A stretch of DNA of 64,000 nucleotides from contig CAWCBP010000004.1 in assembly GCA_963793865.1 (NCBI GenBank), positions 96,001 through 160,000 of the forward strand, given 5' to 3'. Below are positions 29,907 through 41,563 of this stretch, piece after piece. The notes below the pieces were generated by a model. The model had not been told where the DNA came from. It searched no databases and worked only from the letters and a program-made list of their open reading frames with translations. A program made the translations under genes and the position numbers. The stretch is from an uncultured delta proteobacterium (GTDB lineage Bacteria > Desulfobacterota > WTBG01). Each line of letters starts with the position of its first letter. The first letter of the stretch is position 1.

Positions 29907-29991
29907 TGGTGCCGAAGGCGGGACTCGAACCCGCACGGGTCTCCCCGCCACCCCCTCAAGATGGTGTGTCTGCCAGTTCCACCACTTCGGC
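29907..29991 (-). tRNA. tRNA-Leu(GAG)
   Basis: Anticodon arm ccatc-ttGAGgg-ggtgg, long variable arm, CCA end; downstream of secG. Confidence 0.95.
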
Positions 29992-30034
29992 ACGGCTGAG
30001 GTAATCTGCGGTATGCTGCTTATATAAGACTCTA

Positions 30035-30430
30035 TCAGTTTTGCGGCGGCTGACTTTCCGGAACGGCCGGACCAGCCGCGTTGCCCGGTTCCGCCGCCGG
30101 GGCTACAGGGGCTGCCTGGACAGGCGCCTGCTCCGGGGTCTGCGGGACAGCGCTTTCGGCCGCCTGCTGCTCCACCTTTTTTTCCATTATGGTCGGCACG
30201 GGGGCCCGGCCGATGAGGTAGCACAGCATCAGCGTGGTTATCATAAAGAGAACGGCAACCGCGGTGGTCATCTTGCTCAAAAAGCCGGCCGGTCCGCTGC
30301 TGCCGAATACCGTTTGCGTGGAGCCTCCGAAAGCGGCGCCCATTTCCGCCCCCTTGCCTGTCTGAAGCAGCACCACCATGATCAGAACCACGCAGATGAT
30401 TATGTGCAAAACAGTGATAAATACAAACAT
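30035..30430 (-). CDS. secG: Preprotein translocase subunit SecG
   Basis: VLLQTGKGAEMGAAFGG; tpiA-secG-tRNA-Leu synteny. Confidence 0.95.
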   Translation of the reverse strand: MFVFITVLHIIICVVLIMVVLLQTGKGAEMGAAFGGSTQTVFGSSGPAGFLSKMTTAVAVLFMITTLMLCYLIGRAPVPTIMEKKVEQQAAESAVPQTPEQAPVQAAPVAPAAEPGNAAGPAVPESQPPQN

Positions 30431-30472
30431 GATTGATCCATCCTTTCTTCTGAAATCATGACCGCGGCGCGA

Positions 30473-31234
30473 TTACGACTTGAACCGCGCGATCCGCGCG
30501 AAATCCTCCGCCTTTAAGCTCGCCCCCCCCACCAGTGCCCCGTCAATGTCAGCCTGCGCCATGAGCTGGTCGATATTGTCGGGCTTCACGCTCCCGCCGT
30601 AGAGTATCCGCATCCTGTCCGCGATCTCCCGGCTGAATAATTGGGCAATGAGCCTGCGTATGAAACCATGCACTTCCTGGGCCTGCTCCGGCGTGGCGGT
30701 TTTGCCGGTCCCGATGGCCCACACCGGCTCGTAGGCAATGATCACCCTCCCGATCTCATCCAGGGACAAATCGATCAGCCCGGACCTGATCTGCCGCTCA
30801 ATAATGCTGAAGGTTTTATCAGCCTCCCGCTCCGCCAGCGTCTCACCGATGCAGACAATGGGGACAAGGGAAACCTTGAGCGCCGATTTAAGCCTTCTGT
30901 TCACCGTTTCATCAGTTTCATGAAAGAACTGCCGCCTCTCGGAGTGCCCGATAATGACATAGGCGCATCCCGCATCCTTGATCATGGCCGGGGCTATCTC
31001 ACCGGTAAACGCGCCTTTTTCCTCCCAGAACAGGTTCTGCGCGGCCAGGGCCATGGGACCGCTTTTCAGCACAGCGGCCACGGCCGTAAGGGCGGTAAAC
31101 GGGGGAGCGACCACCACGTCCACCCCGGAGAGATCAGAAAGCATGCCGTTGAGCCGGGAAACCAGCTCAACACTCTCGGCACAGGTGTTATGCATTTTCC
31201 AGTTGCCGGCTATGAAAGGACGCCTCATCACCAT
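30473..31234 (-). CDS. tpiA: Triosephosphate isomerase
   Basis: AGNWKM, GHSERR, AYEPVWAIGTG, LVGGASL. Confidence 0.98.
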   Translation of the reverse strand: MVMRRPFIAGNWKMHNTCAESVELVSRLNGMLSDLSGVDVVVAPPFTALTAVAAVLKSGPMALAAQNLFWEEKGAFTGEIAPAMIKDAGCAYVIIGHSERRQFFHETDETVNRRLKSALKVSLVPIVCIGETLAEREADKTFSIIERQIRSGLIDLSLDEIGRVIIAYEPVWAIGTGKTATPEQAQEVHGFIRRLIAQLFSREIADRMRILYGGSVKPDNIDQLMAQADIDGALVGGASLKAEDFARIARFKS

Positions 31235-31348
31235 ATCCTTATCTTCACCATGAATGAACATCGCCGGTTAACTCACCGGCGGGGTGCATATTATCGACAG
31301 GTAGTGAAAAAGTCAAGATAAAACCTTCTCGGCAGCCATTTCGCCAGG

Positions 31349-31387
31349 GGATTGCTTCGTCGTCCCGGCGGGACTCCTCGCAACGAC
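31349..31387. repeat. GATTGCTTCG...CTCGCAACGAC REP-like palindrome
   Basis: Family also at 33354-33396, 33443-33471, 21299-21334 and 49234-49273. Confidence 0.75.
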
Positions 31388-31432
31388 TGCTTGGTTTTGC
31401 TTTTCCTATATATTTATTTCCGGGACGTAACC

Positions 31433-32467
31433 TTATCCGAAGAAAAGCTCGGCAACCTTATATAAGTCCGGGTTGATTGTCTTATTGCCGGCGGCCACTT
31501 CCTTCAGGTCAATGGCTTCAATGCTGGTACCACGCAGACAGGCCATTTTGCCGAATTCCTTGTTTGCCAGCATATCCACCGCCTTCACCCCGAAGCGCGT
31601 GGCCAGCACCCGGTCGAACGCGGTGGGCGTGCCCCCTCTCTGCACATACCCCAGGGTGGTAACCCGGGTTTCGATTCCGGTGAGCTCCTCCAGCTTCCTG
31701 CCGATGATATTGCCTATGCCCCCCAGGAGCGCGTGCCCGAATTCATCGGTCTTTTCCTCCTGGACCACCACGCCGCTGTCGTGATTGAGCTCCACCCCCT
31801 CCGCCACCACGATGATGCTGAAGGTCTTGCCGCGCTTGCGGCGCTGCTTGAGCAATTCGGCCACCTCTTCAATCCTGAACGGCACTTCGGGAATGAGGAT
31901 GCAGTCGGCGCCGCCGGCAATGCCGGCGACGGTGGCAATCCACCCGGTGTGCCTCCCCATGACCTCGACCACCATGACCCGGTGATGGGATTCCGCCGTG
32001 GTGTGCAGCCGGTCGATGGCCTCGGTAACGATGCTGACCGCGGTATCGAACCCGAAGGTATAATCGGTGCAGGGAAGGTCATTGTCGATGGTTTTAGGAA
32101 CGCCCACCACCGGAATGCCCATTTCATGCAGCCGGCTCGCAACGCCCAGGGTATCCTCGCCGCCCACGCAGATAAAGCCCTCTATGCCGTAGCGCTTGAT
32201 GTTGTTGAGCATCTTCTGCAGCGTTTCCTCGGCCTTAAAGGGGTTGGTCCGGGAGGTGCCCAGGATGGTCCCCCCGCGGGGCAGTATTCCGGTGACGGAA
32301 AAAAGGGTAAGCGGCTCCACCTGACCTTTGATCAGGCCGGCCCACCCCTCCCTGATGCCGATCACCTCAAATTTGTATGTATCAATGGCCCGTTTCACCA
32401 CTGCCCGTATGACCGCATTAAGCCCGGGACAGTCGCCGCCGCCGGTAAGAATGCCGATTCTTTTCAT
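31433..32467 (-). CDS. pfkA: 6-phosphofructokinase (group III, probably PPi-dependent)
   Basis: TGGGDCPGLN, GGEDT, PKTIDND, EVMGR. Confidence 0.92.
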   Translation of the reverse strand: MKRIGILTGGGDCPGLNAVIRAVVKRAIDTYKFEVIGIREGWAGLIKGQVEPLTLFSVTGILPRGGTILGTSRTNPFKAEETLQKMLNNIKRYGIEGFICVGGEDTLGVASRLHEMGIPVVGVPKTIDNDLPCTDYTFGFDTAVSIVTEAIDRLHTTAESHHRVMVVEVMGRHTGWIATVAGIAGGADCILIPEVPFRIEEVAELLKQRRKRGKTFSIIVVAEGVELNHDSGVVVQEEKTDEFGHALLGGIGNIIGRKLEELTGIETRVTTLGYVQRGGTPTAFDRVLATRFGVKAVDMLANKEFGKMACLRGTSIEAIDLKEVAAGNKTINPDLYKVAELFFG

Positions 32468-32499
32468 AACCCGCCTCTCGTTCCTAATTTAAAGCGTCG

Positions 32500-32790
32500 T
32501 GTCTCTCTTCGTGCTCTTCTTCTTTTTCCTTCGTGCGCTTCGTGGTTGCCGTTTCCGGCTTCGATATTCGAATTTCGGATTTGCAGCCGCTGCTGCATCG
32601 TATGGTATACCCGGCCCGTCAATAATTCAAGCAGTAAAATGGACACTGCCGCGCGGTGAATTTAACCTTGACTTGTCTTTTGCAGAATTTTATATAATGA
32701 TTTTAATCAGAGGCGGTAAGCCCGGTTTTGAATTTTGGTCATTTGGTATTTGGATTTGTTTCGGATTTCGTGCTTCGGATTTCGAATTTA
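32500..32790. repeat. Short-period (7- and 9-bp) degenerate repeats
   Basis: cttcgtgcgcttcgtggtt; ttcgatattcgaatttcggattt; tttcggatttcgtgcttcggatttcgaattt. Confidence 0.65.
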
Positions 32791-32865
32791 AATCTCAGAG
32801 ACAAACCTTTAGATTTATCAGCACGCGCGCCCAACCGTTACCCACCGCACAACAGGAGTAGGAAG

Positions 32866-33348
32866 ATGGACCTTACAACCGTCCCCATGGAAATCCCCGA
32901 TGAAGCCAACCTGATTGTCGGGCAATCCCACTTCATCAAAACGGCTGAAGACCTTTATGAGATAATGGTCACGTCCGTCCCCCAGGCAAAATTCGGCATT
33001 GCCTTTTGTGAGGCGTCCGGACCATGCCTGGTGCGGGCGGAAGGCAATGATGAAGGGCTCACGGCGGCGGCGGTTAAAAACGCCCACGCCCTCGCATCGG
33101 GGCACAGCTTTGTGATTGTGCTCAGGAACGCCTTTCCCGTCAATGTCTTAAATGCCGTCAAGCAGTGCCCCGAGGTGTGCTCACTCTACTGCGCCACGGC
33201 CAACCCGGTGGAGGTGATTGTCGCTGAAACAGCGCAAGGCAGGGGAATACTCGGCGTGATCGACGGCTCAAGGCCGAAGGGAACGGAATCACAGGGGGAC
33301 AGGGACGCGCGCAAAAGCTTCCTGAGAAAGATCGGATACAAGCTCTGA
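32866..33348 (+). CDS. Adenosine-specific kinase family (DUF355-type) protein
   Basis: GQSHFIKTAEDLYE, AFCEASGPCL, CATANP, GRGILGVIDG, IGYKL. Confidence 0.88.
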   Translation: MDLTTVPMEIPDEANLIVGQSHFIKTAEDLYEIMVTSVPQAKFGIAFCEASGPCLVRAEGNDEGLTAAAVKNAHALASGHSFVIVLRNAFPVNVLNAVKQCPEVCSLYCATANPVEVIVAETAQGRGILGVIDGSRPKGTESQGDRDARKSFLRKIGYKL

Positions 33349-33531
33349 GGGTGGGATTGCTTCGTTGCCCGCCCAGGCGGGGCTCCTCGCAACGACTGGT
33401 TTTTATTTCACCCCTGTATCAATAAATGCCACATTCCAAGCACGTCATTGCGAGCACCGCGAAGCAATCTCATGCCATAAAGCATTGCTTCGTCGCCACA
33501 GGGTGATTCCTCCCTTCCACTCAACAGCCTG

Positions 33532-35982
33532 CTAGTGGGTCACCATGGTCGGGGCGGTCTCTTCAGGGTATAACCGCTTGCCATCCTTTTCTTCATCACG
33601 CTTATCCTGCCTGCCCTGCAGGAAAGCCTGAGGATCATCGAGCACCAGCGATTCCTTTAACACCTCATCCATGTGCTCCACCAGCACCACCTGGACCGTA
33701 TCCAGTATTTTCGAGGGAATTTCCTTGAGATCCTTATCGTTTTCCTGGGGGACCAGCACCCGGGCGATATGTCCGCGATGGGCCGCCAAGATCTTTTCCT
33801 TGAGCCCGCCGATGGGCAGCACCCTGCCCCTCAGGGTTATTTCCCCGGTCATGGCGATGTCCCGGCGAACCGGCTTGCCGATCAGGGCGGAAACAATGGC
33901 GGTGGTAATGGCAATGCCCGCGGAGGGCCCGTCCTTGGGAACGGCCCCTTCGGGAACATGAATGTGCAGATCGATCTTCTGGTAAAAATCCTTCTCCAGG
34001 CCGAGCCGCTCCGCCCGTGACCTGACATAGCTCAGGGCGGCCTGCGCCGACTCCTGCATCACGTCGCCCAGCTTGCCGGTGGTAAACAGCTTGCCCTTGC
34101 CGGGCATGGTGGTCACCTCGATGGTGAGCAGCTCTCCTCCCACCTCGGTCCAGGCCATGCCGGTGGTGATGCCGACCTCGTCCTTCTTCTCCATCTCGCC
34201 GTAGCGGTACTTGAAGATTCCCAGGTACTTGCTCACCACCTTGGTGCCGATCCGGGCGGAGGTTTCGCTGCCGCCCTTCACCACTTCCTTGGCCACCTTC
34301 CTGCATACCGAGGCCATCTCCCGCTCCAGGTTGCGCACCCCCGCCTCCTTGGTGTAGCGGCGGATGATGGTCAGTATGGCGTTTTCGCTGAAGCTGATGT
34401 TCTTTTCGGTCAGCCCGTTGGCCTTGATCTGCTTGGGGATCAGAAACCGCCGGGCAATGTGCAGCTTCTCCCACTCGGTATAGCCGGGAATGCGGATAAT
34501 CTCCATGCGGTCCTGCAGCGGCGGGGGGATCTGGAAGAGGGTGTTGGCGGTGGTTATGAACATCACGTCGGAGAGATCATAATCCACGTCGACATAGTGA
34601 TCGTTGAAGCTGTTGTTCTGCTCCGGGTCGAGCACCTCCAGCAGCGCCGCCGAGGGATCGCCCCTGAAATCAGTGCTCATCTTGTCAACTTCATCCAGCA
34701 GGAAGACCGGATTGTTGGACCCGGCCTTCTTCAGGCACTGCAGGATCTTGCCGGGCAGGGCCCCGATGTACGTGCGCCGGTGCCCCCTGATTTCAGCCTC
34801 GTCCCGCACCCCGCCCAGGCTGAGCCGGACGAAATTCCGCCCCGTGGCCCGGGCGATGGAGCGCGCCAGCGACGTCTTGCCCACGCCCGCCGGTCCCACA
34901 AAGCAGAGGATGGGCCCCTTGATCTTGTTCACCAGCTTCTGCACCGCCAGATATTCCAGGATCCGCTCCTTGATTTTTTCCAGCCCGTAGTGATCCTCCT
35001 CGAGGATGCGCTGGGCCTCATCGATGTCCAGGCCGGTTGTGGTCTGCTCGAACCAGGGAAGCGAGATCAGCCAGTCGATATAGTTGCGCACCACCGTCAC
35101 CTCCGCCGAGAGCGGCGGCATCATCTTCAGCTTTTTCAGCTCCTTCATCACCTTGGTGGTGGCCTCTTCGGACATCTTCTTCTTGGCCACCTTCTCCTCG
35201 AGCTCCTTGAGCTCGCTCGCCCCGTCGTCCTTGTCGCCCATCTCCTTCTGGATGGCGCGCATCTGCTCGCTCAAGTAGTAGTCCTTCTGGGTTTTCTCCA
35301 TCTGCTTCTTCACCCGGTTCTTGATCTTGCGCTCGATGTTCAGGATCTCGATCTCCGAGCGCATCAGCGCGTAGGCCTTCTCCAGCCGCTCGGTCACGTC
35401 GATGGTTTCCAGCAGCGACTGCTTGTCATGCAGCTTGACCGTCAGGTGAGCGGCAATGGCGTCGGCCAGGTGCGAGGGATCGTCGAGGGCGCTCACCGAT
35501 GAAACCACCTCGGGCGCGATGCGCTTGTTGAGCCTGACGTAGGTTTCGAAGGTGGCGGGAACGCTTCTCATCAGGGCCTTTATTTCGGGGGTAACCGCCG
35601 CCCCCTCGTGAATGAGCTCGGTCTCCACCAGGAAAAGCTCGGGGCTGGGCAGGAACTCCTTAAGCAGTATCCGCGCCTTGCCCTCCACCAGGATCTTGAC
35701 GCTGTTGTCCGGCAGGCGGATCATCTGAATGATGCTGCCCAGGGTGCCCGTGAGATACATGTCGCGGGGGCCGGGCTCATCCACCTTGGCGTCCTTCTGC
35801 GTGGCCAGCACGATGAGCTTGTCCTTGGCCAGGGCATCCTCCAGGGCATTGATCGACCGCTGCCGCCCCACGAAGAGCGGCACGATCATGTGGGGAAAAA
35901 CCACGATATCTCTCAGCGGCAGAAGGGGGTACGATTTCATCCCGGCTTTATCATCCGGTGTCTTGTGGGATTTAAATATCAA
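33532..35982 (-). CDS. lon: ATP-dependent protease La
   Basis: [23 protein letters not shown]. Confidence 0.98.
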   Translation of the reverse strand: MIFKSHKTPDDKAGMKSYPLLPLRDIVVFPHMIVPLFVGRQRSINALEDALAKDKLIVLATQKDAKVDEPGPRDMYLTGTLGSIIQMIRLPDNSVKILVEGKARILLKEFLPSPELFLVETELIHEGAAVTPEIKALMRSVPATFETYVRLNKRIAPEVVSSVSALDDPSHLADAIAAHLTVKLHDKQSLLETIDVTERLEKAYALMRSEIEILNIERKIKNRVKKQMEKTQKDYYLSEQMRAIQKEMGDKDDGASELKELEEKVAKKKMSEEATTKVMKELKKLKMMPPLSAEVTVVRNYIDWLISLPWFEQTTTGLDIDEAQRILEEDHYGLEKIKERILEYLAVQKLVNKIKGPILCFVGPAGVGKTSLARSIARATGRNFVRLSLGGVRDEAEIRGHRRTYIGALPGKILQCLKKAGSNNPVFLLDEVDKMSTDFRGDPSAALLEVLDPEQNNSFNDHYVDVDYDLSDVMFITTANTLFQIPPPLQDRMEIIRIPGYTEWEKLHIARRFLIPKQIKANGLTEKNISFSENAILTIIRRYTKEAGVRNLEREMASVCRKVAKEVVKGGSETSARIGTKVVSKYLGIFKYRYGEMEKKDEVGITTGMAWTEVGGELLTIEVTTMPGKGKLFTTGKLGDVMQESAQAALSYVRSRAERLGLEKDFYQKIDLHIHVPEGAVPKDGPSAGIAITTAIVSALIGKPVRRDIAMTGEITLRGRVLPIGGLKEKILAAHRGHIARVLVPQENDKDLKEIPSKILDTVQVVLVEHMDEVLKESLVLDDPQAFLQGRQDKRDEEKDGKRLYPEETAPTMVTH

Positions 35983-35996
35983 GGCTGTTTATCCTC

Positions 35997-37248
35997 CTAT
36001 GCTGTTTTGGTCCTGTTTTCATACACGATCAGCGGCTTTTCCCTCTTGAGGATCACCTCTTCGCTGATGACGCACTCCTTCACATTTTCCTGGGAGGGGA
36101 TGTCGTACATGATGTCGAGCATGATTTCTTCCAGAATGGCCCTCAGGCCCCTCGCCCCGGACTTGCGGGCTATGGCCTCCCGGGCCACCGCCCACAGGGC
36201 GTCATCCTTGAACTTGAGCTTGACGTTCTCGAACTCGAAAATCTTGGTGTACTGCTTGAGCAGCGCGTTTTTGGGCTTGGCGATGATGTCCACCAGCGCC
36301 TGCTCGCTCAGGTCCTCCAGGGTGGCGATCACCGGGAGCCTTCCCACAAACTCTGGAATCAGGCCGTACTTGAGCAGGTCCTCGGTCTGAATCGATTTCA
36401 GGACCTCGCCCACCCGCTTTTCCTCCCTTCCCTTGATGTCGGCGCCGAACCCCATGGTCTTGGTGCCGACGCGGTGCTGGATGATGTTCTCCAGCCCGCA
36501 GAAGGCGCCGCCGCAGATGAAGAGAATGTTGGTGGTGTCGACCTGGAGGAACTCCTGCTGGGGATGCTTTCTCCCCCTTGGGCGGTATGTTGGCAACGGT
36601 GCCTTCAATGATTTTTAAGAGCGCCTGCTGCACCCCTTCCCCGGATACATCACGGGTGATGGAGGGGGTGTCGGACTTGCGGGAAATCTTGTCAATCTCG
36701 TCAATGTAGACGATGCCGCGGGAGGCCTTCTCGATGTTGTACTCGGAGGCCTGGAGCAGGCTCAGGATGATGTTCTCCACGTCCTCGCCCACGTAGCCCG
36801 CCTCGGTGAGGCTGGTGGCATCGGCGATGGTGAAGGGCACGTTCAGAATCCGGGCCAGGGTCTGGGCCAGCAGGGTCTTGCCGGTACCGGTGGGACCGAT
36901 GAGCAGAATGTTGCTCTTCTGCAGCTCCACCCCGTCCAGCTGTCCGGAGGAATCAACCCGCTTGTAGTGATTGTGCACCGCCACCGACAGGATCTTCTTG
37001 GCCCGGTCCTGGCCGATGACGTATTCGTCGAGCGCCGCCTTTATTTCGTAGGGCTTGGGTATGGTCGACTTCCTGCGGCTTATGGCCTCCCGCTCATTTT
37101 CTTCGGCAATGATGTCATTGCAGAGCTCGATGCATTCATCGCAGATGTAGACCGATGGCCCGGCGATGAGCTTGCGCACCTCGTCCTGGTTTTTCCCGCA
37201 GAATGAGCAAAAGAGATTGCCGTATTTGCCAGCGTCTTTCCGGTTCAC
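35997..37248 (-). CDS. clpX: ClpX; frameshift in a G-homopolymer at ~36575
   Basis: CSFCGK zinc finger, [27 protein letters not shown] broken at aagggggaga; GARGLR in the second frame. Confidence 0.95.
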
Positions 37249-37877
37249 CGCTTTCCTCCCTTGCCTGGTGTTTTCCCCTCAATGCCTGTCAGCCGTTCCG
37301 CCTTGGCGATCACCTCGTCAATGATGCCGTACTCCCTGGCCTGCTGGCCGCTCATGAAAAAATCCCTCTCGGTATCGGCGCGGATCCTGTCCAGGGGCTG
37401 CTGGGTGTGCTTCATCAGGATTGAATCCAACTCCTCCCGCATGCGCAGGATTTCCCTGGCGTGGATGTCGATATCGGTGGCCTGCCCCTGAAACCCCCCC
37501 AGGGGCTGATGGAGCATAATCCGGGAATGGGGGAGCGCGAAGCGCTTTCCCTTCGCCCCCGCCGCCAGCAGCACCGCCCCCATGCTGGCGCACTGCCCCA
37601 TGCAGAGCGTCGAGACATCGGGCTTGATGTACTGCATGGTGTCGTAAATGGCCAGGCCCGCGGTCACCACCCCGCCGGGTGAATTCAGGTAAATGTGGAT
37701 GTCCTTGTCCGGATCCTCGGATTCCAGGAAAAGCATCTGGGCAATGATGATATTGGCTTCGTCATCATCAATCACGCTGCCCAGGAAAATGATGCGGTCT
37801 TTCAGGAGGCGGGAGTAGATATCGTACGCCCTCTCGCCCCGGTTGGTTTGCTCCACCACCATCGGAATCAGGGTCAT
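37245..37877 (-). CDS. clpP: ClpP protease
   Basis: [23 protein letters not shown]. Confidence 0.98.
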   Translation of the reverse strand: MTLIPMVVEQTNRGERAYDIYSRLLKDRIIFLGSVIDDDEANIIIAQMLFLESEDPDKDIHIYLNSPGGVVTAGLAIYDTMQYIKPDVSTLCMGQCASMGAVLLAAGAKGKRFALPHSRIMLHQPLGGFQGQATDIDIHAREILRMREELDSILMKHTQQPLDRIRADTERDFFMSGQQAREYGIIDEVIAKAERLTGIEGKTPGKGGKR

Positions 37878-37890
37878 GTATGCGTTCTCC

Positions 37891-39192
37891 TCACTGCTGC
37901 GCGGGTTTGTCGATTTCACGTATTGTAGACCCGCCCAGCAGAAAATCAATGGTTTTGTTTTCGAGCAGCCTGAACTTGAGGCCCTCCCAGAGGCCCTCCC
38001 GTTTATAAAAATTGCTGACCTGCTCCCTGCTCTTGTCCGTCGACCGGGCGATTTCGTCAAGCTTTTCCTCAATCTCCCCGTCACCGACGCTTATGTTCTC
38101 GCGCCTGGCAATCTCCTCAACCAGGAGCGAGCACTTCACCTGCCGCTCCGCCTCCGGCCTGAAGCTGGCCATCATGCTTTGGGCGGGAATGCCCAGCTTC
38201 TCCAGGCTTGATCCCTGCGCCACCAGCGTCCGCTGGGCATCGGCCATCATGAATTCAATCTTCCGCTCCACCATCAGGGGGGGCAGGTCAAGGGGGTTTT
38301 TTTCGATCAGCGCATCAATCAGTCTTCTTTTCATCTCGGCGTCAATGCGCTCCCGCTCCTCCTGTTCCATGCTCTCCCGCAGCTTCAGCTTTAAATCTTC
38401 CAGCCCCTGGTACTCGCCGAGGTCCCGGGCAAATGCGTCATCGAGTTCAGGGAGCACCTTGCTCTTCAACCCCTTGACGGCCACCTTCAGCCTGACCTCC
38501 CGGCCCGCGAGCTCCCGTCGCTTGAAATCCCCGGGCAGGTTGAGCACGATCTCCTGTTCCGCCCCTTTGGAAAGCCCTGTCAGCTTTTCGCTCAGCCCCG
38601 GAAGGTAGTGATCGACGCCCACTTCAAACAGATAGTCCCTGAGGCTGCCGCCTTCAAAGGGTTTTGACTCCACCGTTCCGTCCACGTCGGCGACGATGAA
38701 ATCACCGGCCCTGACCGGCCGGTCCTCCTCCACCTCCCTGAAGGAGGCGTGTGATTCCCTGATCATCGACAGTCTCTTTTCGACATCTTCCGCCGAAACC
38801 TTCAGTTTTTCTTTTTCCACCTCAAGGCCGAGGTAGCCCTGCAGGCTGATCTTCGGCTTGACCTCGAAGCTGGCGGAATAGGAAAATTCCTTTCCCTCTT
38901 CGAAGATGCCGTTTTCAACCACCGGCTGCGATATGGGCAGCGCCTGCACGGTTTTTAACGCCTCGGGATAGGAGTCCTGGATGAGCCGCGACACCACCTC
39001 TCCCTCGACCTGCTCCTTGTAATATTTCCGCAACAGGTCCTCGGGAACCTTACCCTGGCGAAAACCTCTCATCCTGATCTGCTGCCGCAGCTTCTGATAG
39101 GTCAGCGCCACCTCCTCCGCCACCTTGTCGGGAGGAATAACCACATTAATCTTCTTCTTGACCGGCCCTAACTGCTCAACGGTAACCTGCAT
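37891..39192 (-). CDS. tig: Trigger factor
   Basis: [17 protein letters not shown]; tig-clpP-clpX-lon synteny. Confidence 0.95.
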   Translation of the reverse strand: MQVTVEQLGPVKKKINVVIPPDKVAEEVALTYQKLRQQIRMRGFRQGKVPEDLLRKYYKEQVEGEVVSRLIQDSYPEALKTVQALPISQPVVENGIFEEGKEFSYSASFEVKPKISLQGYLGLEVEKEKLKVSAEDVEKRLSMIRESHASFREVEEDRPVRAGDFIVADVDGTVESKPFEGGSLRDYLFEVGVDHYLPGLSEKLTGLSKGAEQEIVLNLPGDFKRRELAGREVRLKVAVKGLKSKVLPELDDAFARDLGEYQGLEDLKLKLRESMEQEERERIDAEMKRRLIDALIEKNPLDLPPLMVERKIEFMMADAQRTLVAQGSSLEKLGIPAQSMMASFRPEAERQVKCSLLVEEIARRENISVGDGEIEEKLDEIARSTDKSREQVSNFYKREGLWEGLKFRLLENKTIDFLLGGSTIREIDKPAQQ

Positions 39193-39232
39193 CGAATGCA
39201 ATCCCTTTCCGTTCAACAACCATGGTTAATAG

Positions 39233-39316
39233 TGGTGCGAGAGGGGGGAATTGAACCCCCACGGTTTCCCGCTGGATCCTAAATCCAGTGCGTCTGCCAG
39301 ATTCCGCCACTCTCGC
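39233..39316 (-). tRNA. tRNA-Leu(TAG)
   Basis: Anticodon arm ctgga-ttTAGga-tccag, variable arm, CCA end. Confidence 0.95.
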
Positions 39317-39574
39317 AGTTACAACCCCCGAATCACCTGACTGAAAACCAGCGCTCGTGTGGATGCGTGAGCTCTGGCATTTTCGGCAAAAAAAATAGGT
39401 GAGCAGGTTCAACCGCTTGATAGTTTTCAGAAATTCAGATCTCTGCTGAATGCCTGCTTCACTCGAAAAAATATAGCATGAAACAATTTTTTAATCAATC
39501 ACTAATGCTGGAGGATACAGAACGGCATGGAAAATAATTAAATTTTCGATGGAAGCACATATAAGCCTGATAGA

Positions 39575-39597
39575 TTCGCGGCTGAAGCCGCTCCTAC
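39575..39597 (-). repeat. GTAG-type REP
   Basis: Exact reverse complement of 258-280. Confidence 0.8.
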
Positions 39598-39718
39598 CGG
39601 TAATGACCGGCATTGCCCTCGCGCGGCACTTTTCCCCCGTGCAAAAAACGGTTACAAGGTGTTCACCTTTTCTCCATGTTGCCGCCGGCACGAACTGGTA
39701 TGAAACCTGCATTGTCTT

Positions 39719-39815
39719 CTAGCAGGTTGTTGAAAAAGTATTTTTCCTCAGGCTGTTCAAAAGCCCCTCCCCCTTTGAGCCACAAATCAGATGGGTGTTT
39801 TTCAACAACCAGCTG
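39719..39815. mobile_element. MITE (short form, opposite orientation to 18537)
   Basis: ctagcaggttgttgaaaaa...tttttcaacaaccagctg. Confidence 0.8.
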
Positions 39816-39888
39816 GAGTTCTTGCCCAATCCCTGTCGGGAAACATGCGCCCCGGGCGGGTCATGACCGATGTTTGTAAGAGGACACC

Positions 39889-41439
39889 GTGCAGCCCCTG
39901 ATCGGCAATCAGATAGAACCTTCCGCCGTGGACCTTGCGCAGTTACGGATAGACCCCAGGCTGATAAAACTCATTCCGGCCGACCTGGCCAACAAATACG
40001 GCGTTCTCCCTGTTGCCTTAAACGGCGGCACCCTGGTCGTGGCCATGGCCGATCCTTCAAACATCTTTGCCGTCGATGACATCAAATTTCTTACCGGATA
40101 CAGAATTGAGACCTGCGCCGCGCCCGAGGACATCCTGCGCACTCTGCTTGACTCCTGCTATGAAAAGCCGGCGCGGGTAGGCGACGGAGGGCCGGCCGGC
40201 GCGGAAAGCGGGGTGCACATGATTGACCGGGAAGGGGACGCGGGACGGCGCGAGCCGAAAATCGCGGGCGAGCAGGTGCCGGTCATCAGGCTGGTTAACG
40301 GCATGATCAACGACGCCATCATCAGGGGGGCCAGCGACATTCACATAGAGCCCTATGAACACACGCTCAGGGTTCGTTTTCGCATCGACGGCGTGCTCTA
40401 TGATGTCATGCAGCCCTCCCTGAAGCTGAAAAACGCCATCCTCTCCCGCATTAAAATCATCGCCCGGCTTGATATTGCCGAACGGAGACTGCCCCAGGAC
40501 GGACGGATAAAGATACGGACCGAAAAGGCACAGGAGGTGGACGTTCGCGTTTCCGTGCTGCCCACCCTGTTCGGCGAAAAGGCGGTGCTGCGCCTGCTTA
40601 ATAAGTCAAGCCTGCAGCCGGACATGACCCGGCTGGGATTTGAAGAGCGTGACCTGATCTTATTTAAAGAGGTGATTAACTATCCCTTCGGGATGGTCCT
40701 GGTCACCGGCCCCACCGGAAGCGGCAAGACCACTACCCTTTACTCCGCCCTCAACGCTTTAAATGATGCCTCAAAGAACATCTGTACCGTCGAAGACCCG
40801 GTTGAATACAACCTGCCGGGGATCAACCAGGTCCAGATTCACGAAGAAATCGGCCTTACCTTTGCCCATGTGCTGCGGGCATTTCTGAGGCAGGACCCCG
40901 ACATCATCCTGGTGGGGGAAATCCGGGACGCTGAAACGGCGGAGATAGCCATAAAGGCTGCGCTTACCGGCCACCTGGTGCTGAGCACCCTCCACACCAA
41001 TGATGCCCCCGGCACCGTGAACCGTCTCATACAGATGGGCATTGAGCCCTACCTTATCTCCTCCGCCCTGACGCTGGTGGTGGCCCAGCGGCTGGTGAGA
41101 AAAGTTTGTCCGCGCTGCAAGACGCCGCTGAGTCCGCCCGAAGCCGCGTACCGATCCCTGGGCATTGTTTCCGGTGAACCCGGCACGGCCGCTCTTTACA
41201 GGGGTGCCGGCTGCCGGGACTGCAACAACACCGGCTTTAAAGGCCGCGTGGCCATCTACGAGGTATTGTTCATAAACGAACAGAGCAGGGAGCTGATCCT
41301 GAAAGGGGCATCCCTTTCCGATTTTAAGAAAGAGGCGATGAGAAGCGGCATGTCAAGCCTGCGGGACAGCGCCGTCAAGAAAATGCGACAGGGGCTTACC
41401 ACACCCGAAGAAGTGCTTCGGGCGACCCATGCCCAATAA
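39889..41439 (+). CDS. pilB: Type IV pilus assembly ATPase PilB, N-terminally shortened
   Basis: ASDIHIEP, RLPQDGR, GPTGSGKTTT, LRQDPD, TLHTND, CxxC pairs. Confidence 0.92.
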   Translation: MQPLIGNQIEPSAVDLAQLRIDPRLIKLIPADLANKYGVLPVALNGGTLVVAMADPSNIFAVDDIKFLTGYRIETCAAPEDILRTLLDSCYEKPARVGDGGPAGAESGVHMIDREGDAGRREPKIAGEQVPVIRLVNGMINDAIIRGASDIHIEPYEHTLRVRFRIDGVLYDVMQPSLKLKNAILSRIKIIARLDIAERRLPQDGRIKIRTEKAQEVDVRVSVLPTLFGEKAVLRLLNKSSLQPDMTRLGFEERDLILFKEVINYPFGMVLVTGPTGSGKTTTLYSALNALNDASKNICTVEDPVEYNLPGINQVQIHEEIGLTFAHVLRAFLRQDPDIILVGEIRDAETAEIAIKAALTGHLVLSTLHTNDAPGTVNRLIQMGIEPYLISSALTLVVAQRLVRKVCPRCKTPLSPPEAAYRSLGIVSGEPGTAALYRGAGCRDCNNTGFKGRVAIYEVLFINEQSRELILKGASLSDFKKEAMRSGMSSLRDSAVKKMRQGLTTPEEVLRATHAQ

Positions 41440-41469
41440 TGCTTAAGGGCCAAGGGTCCGCAAGACAGG

Positions 41470-41563
41470 GTAGTACGTCATAGATTCCTTTATTTTATAT
41501 GTGGCTCAAGGGGAGGGGCTTTTGAACAGCCTGAGGAAAACTAATTTTTCAACAACCTGCTAA
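41470..41563. mobile_element. MITE fragment between pilB and pilC
   Basis: gtggctcaaggggaggggcttttgaacagcctgaggaaaa...ttcaacaacctgcta. Confidence 0.75.

Noticed and set aside
29883..30224. Small ORFs overlapping tRNAs (also 12898-13173 and 39176-39412)
   Set aside because: Spurious translations across tRNA genes or alternate frames of secG
32711..32722. RfaH ops element (GGCGGTAAG)
   Set aside because: Imperfect match to GGCGGTAGnnTG, and it precedes a single short gene
36570..36580. Programmed frameshift or pseudogenisation of clpX
   Set aside because: The break falls in a G-run within the conserved PPKGGRKHP and both halves are intact; a homopolymer indel error is far more likely
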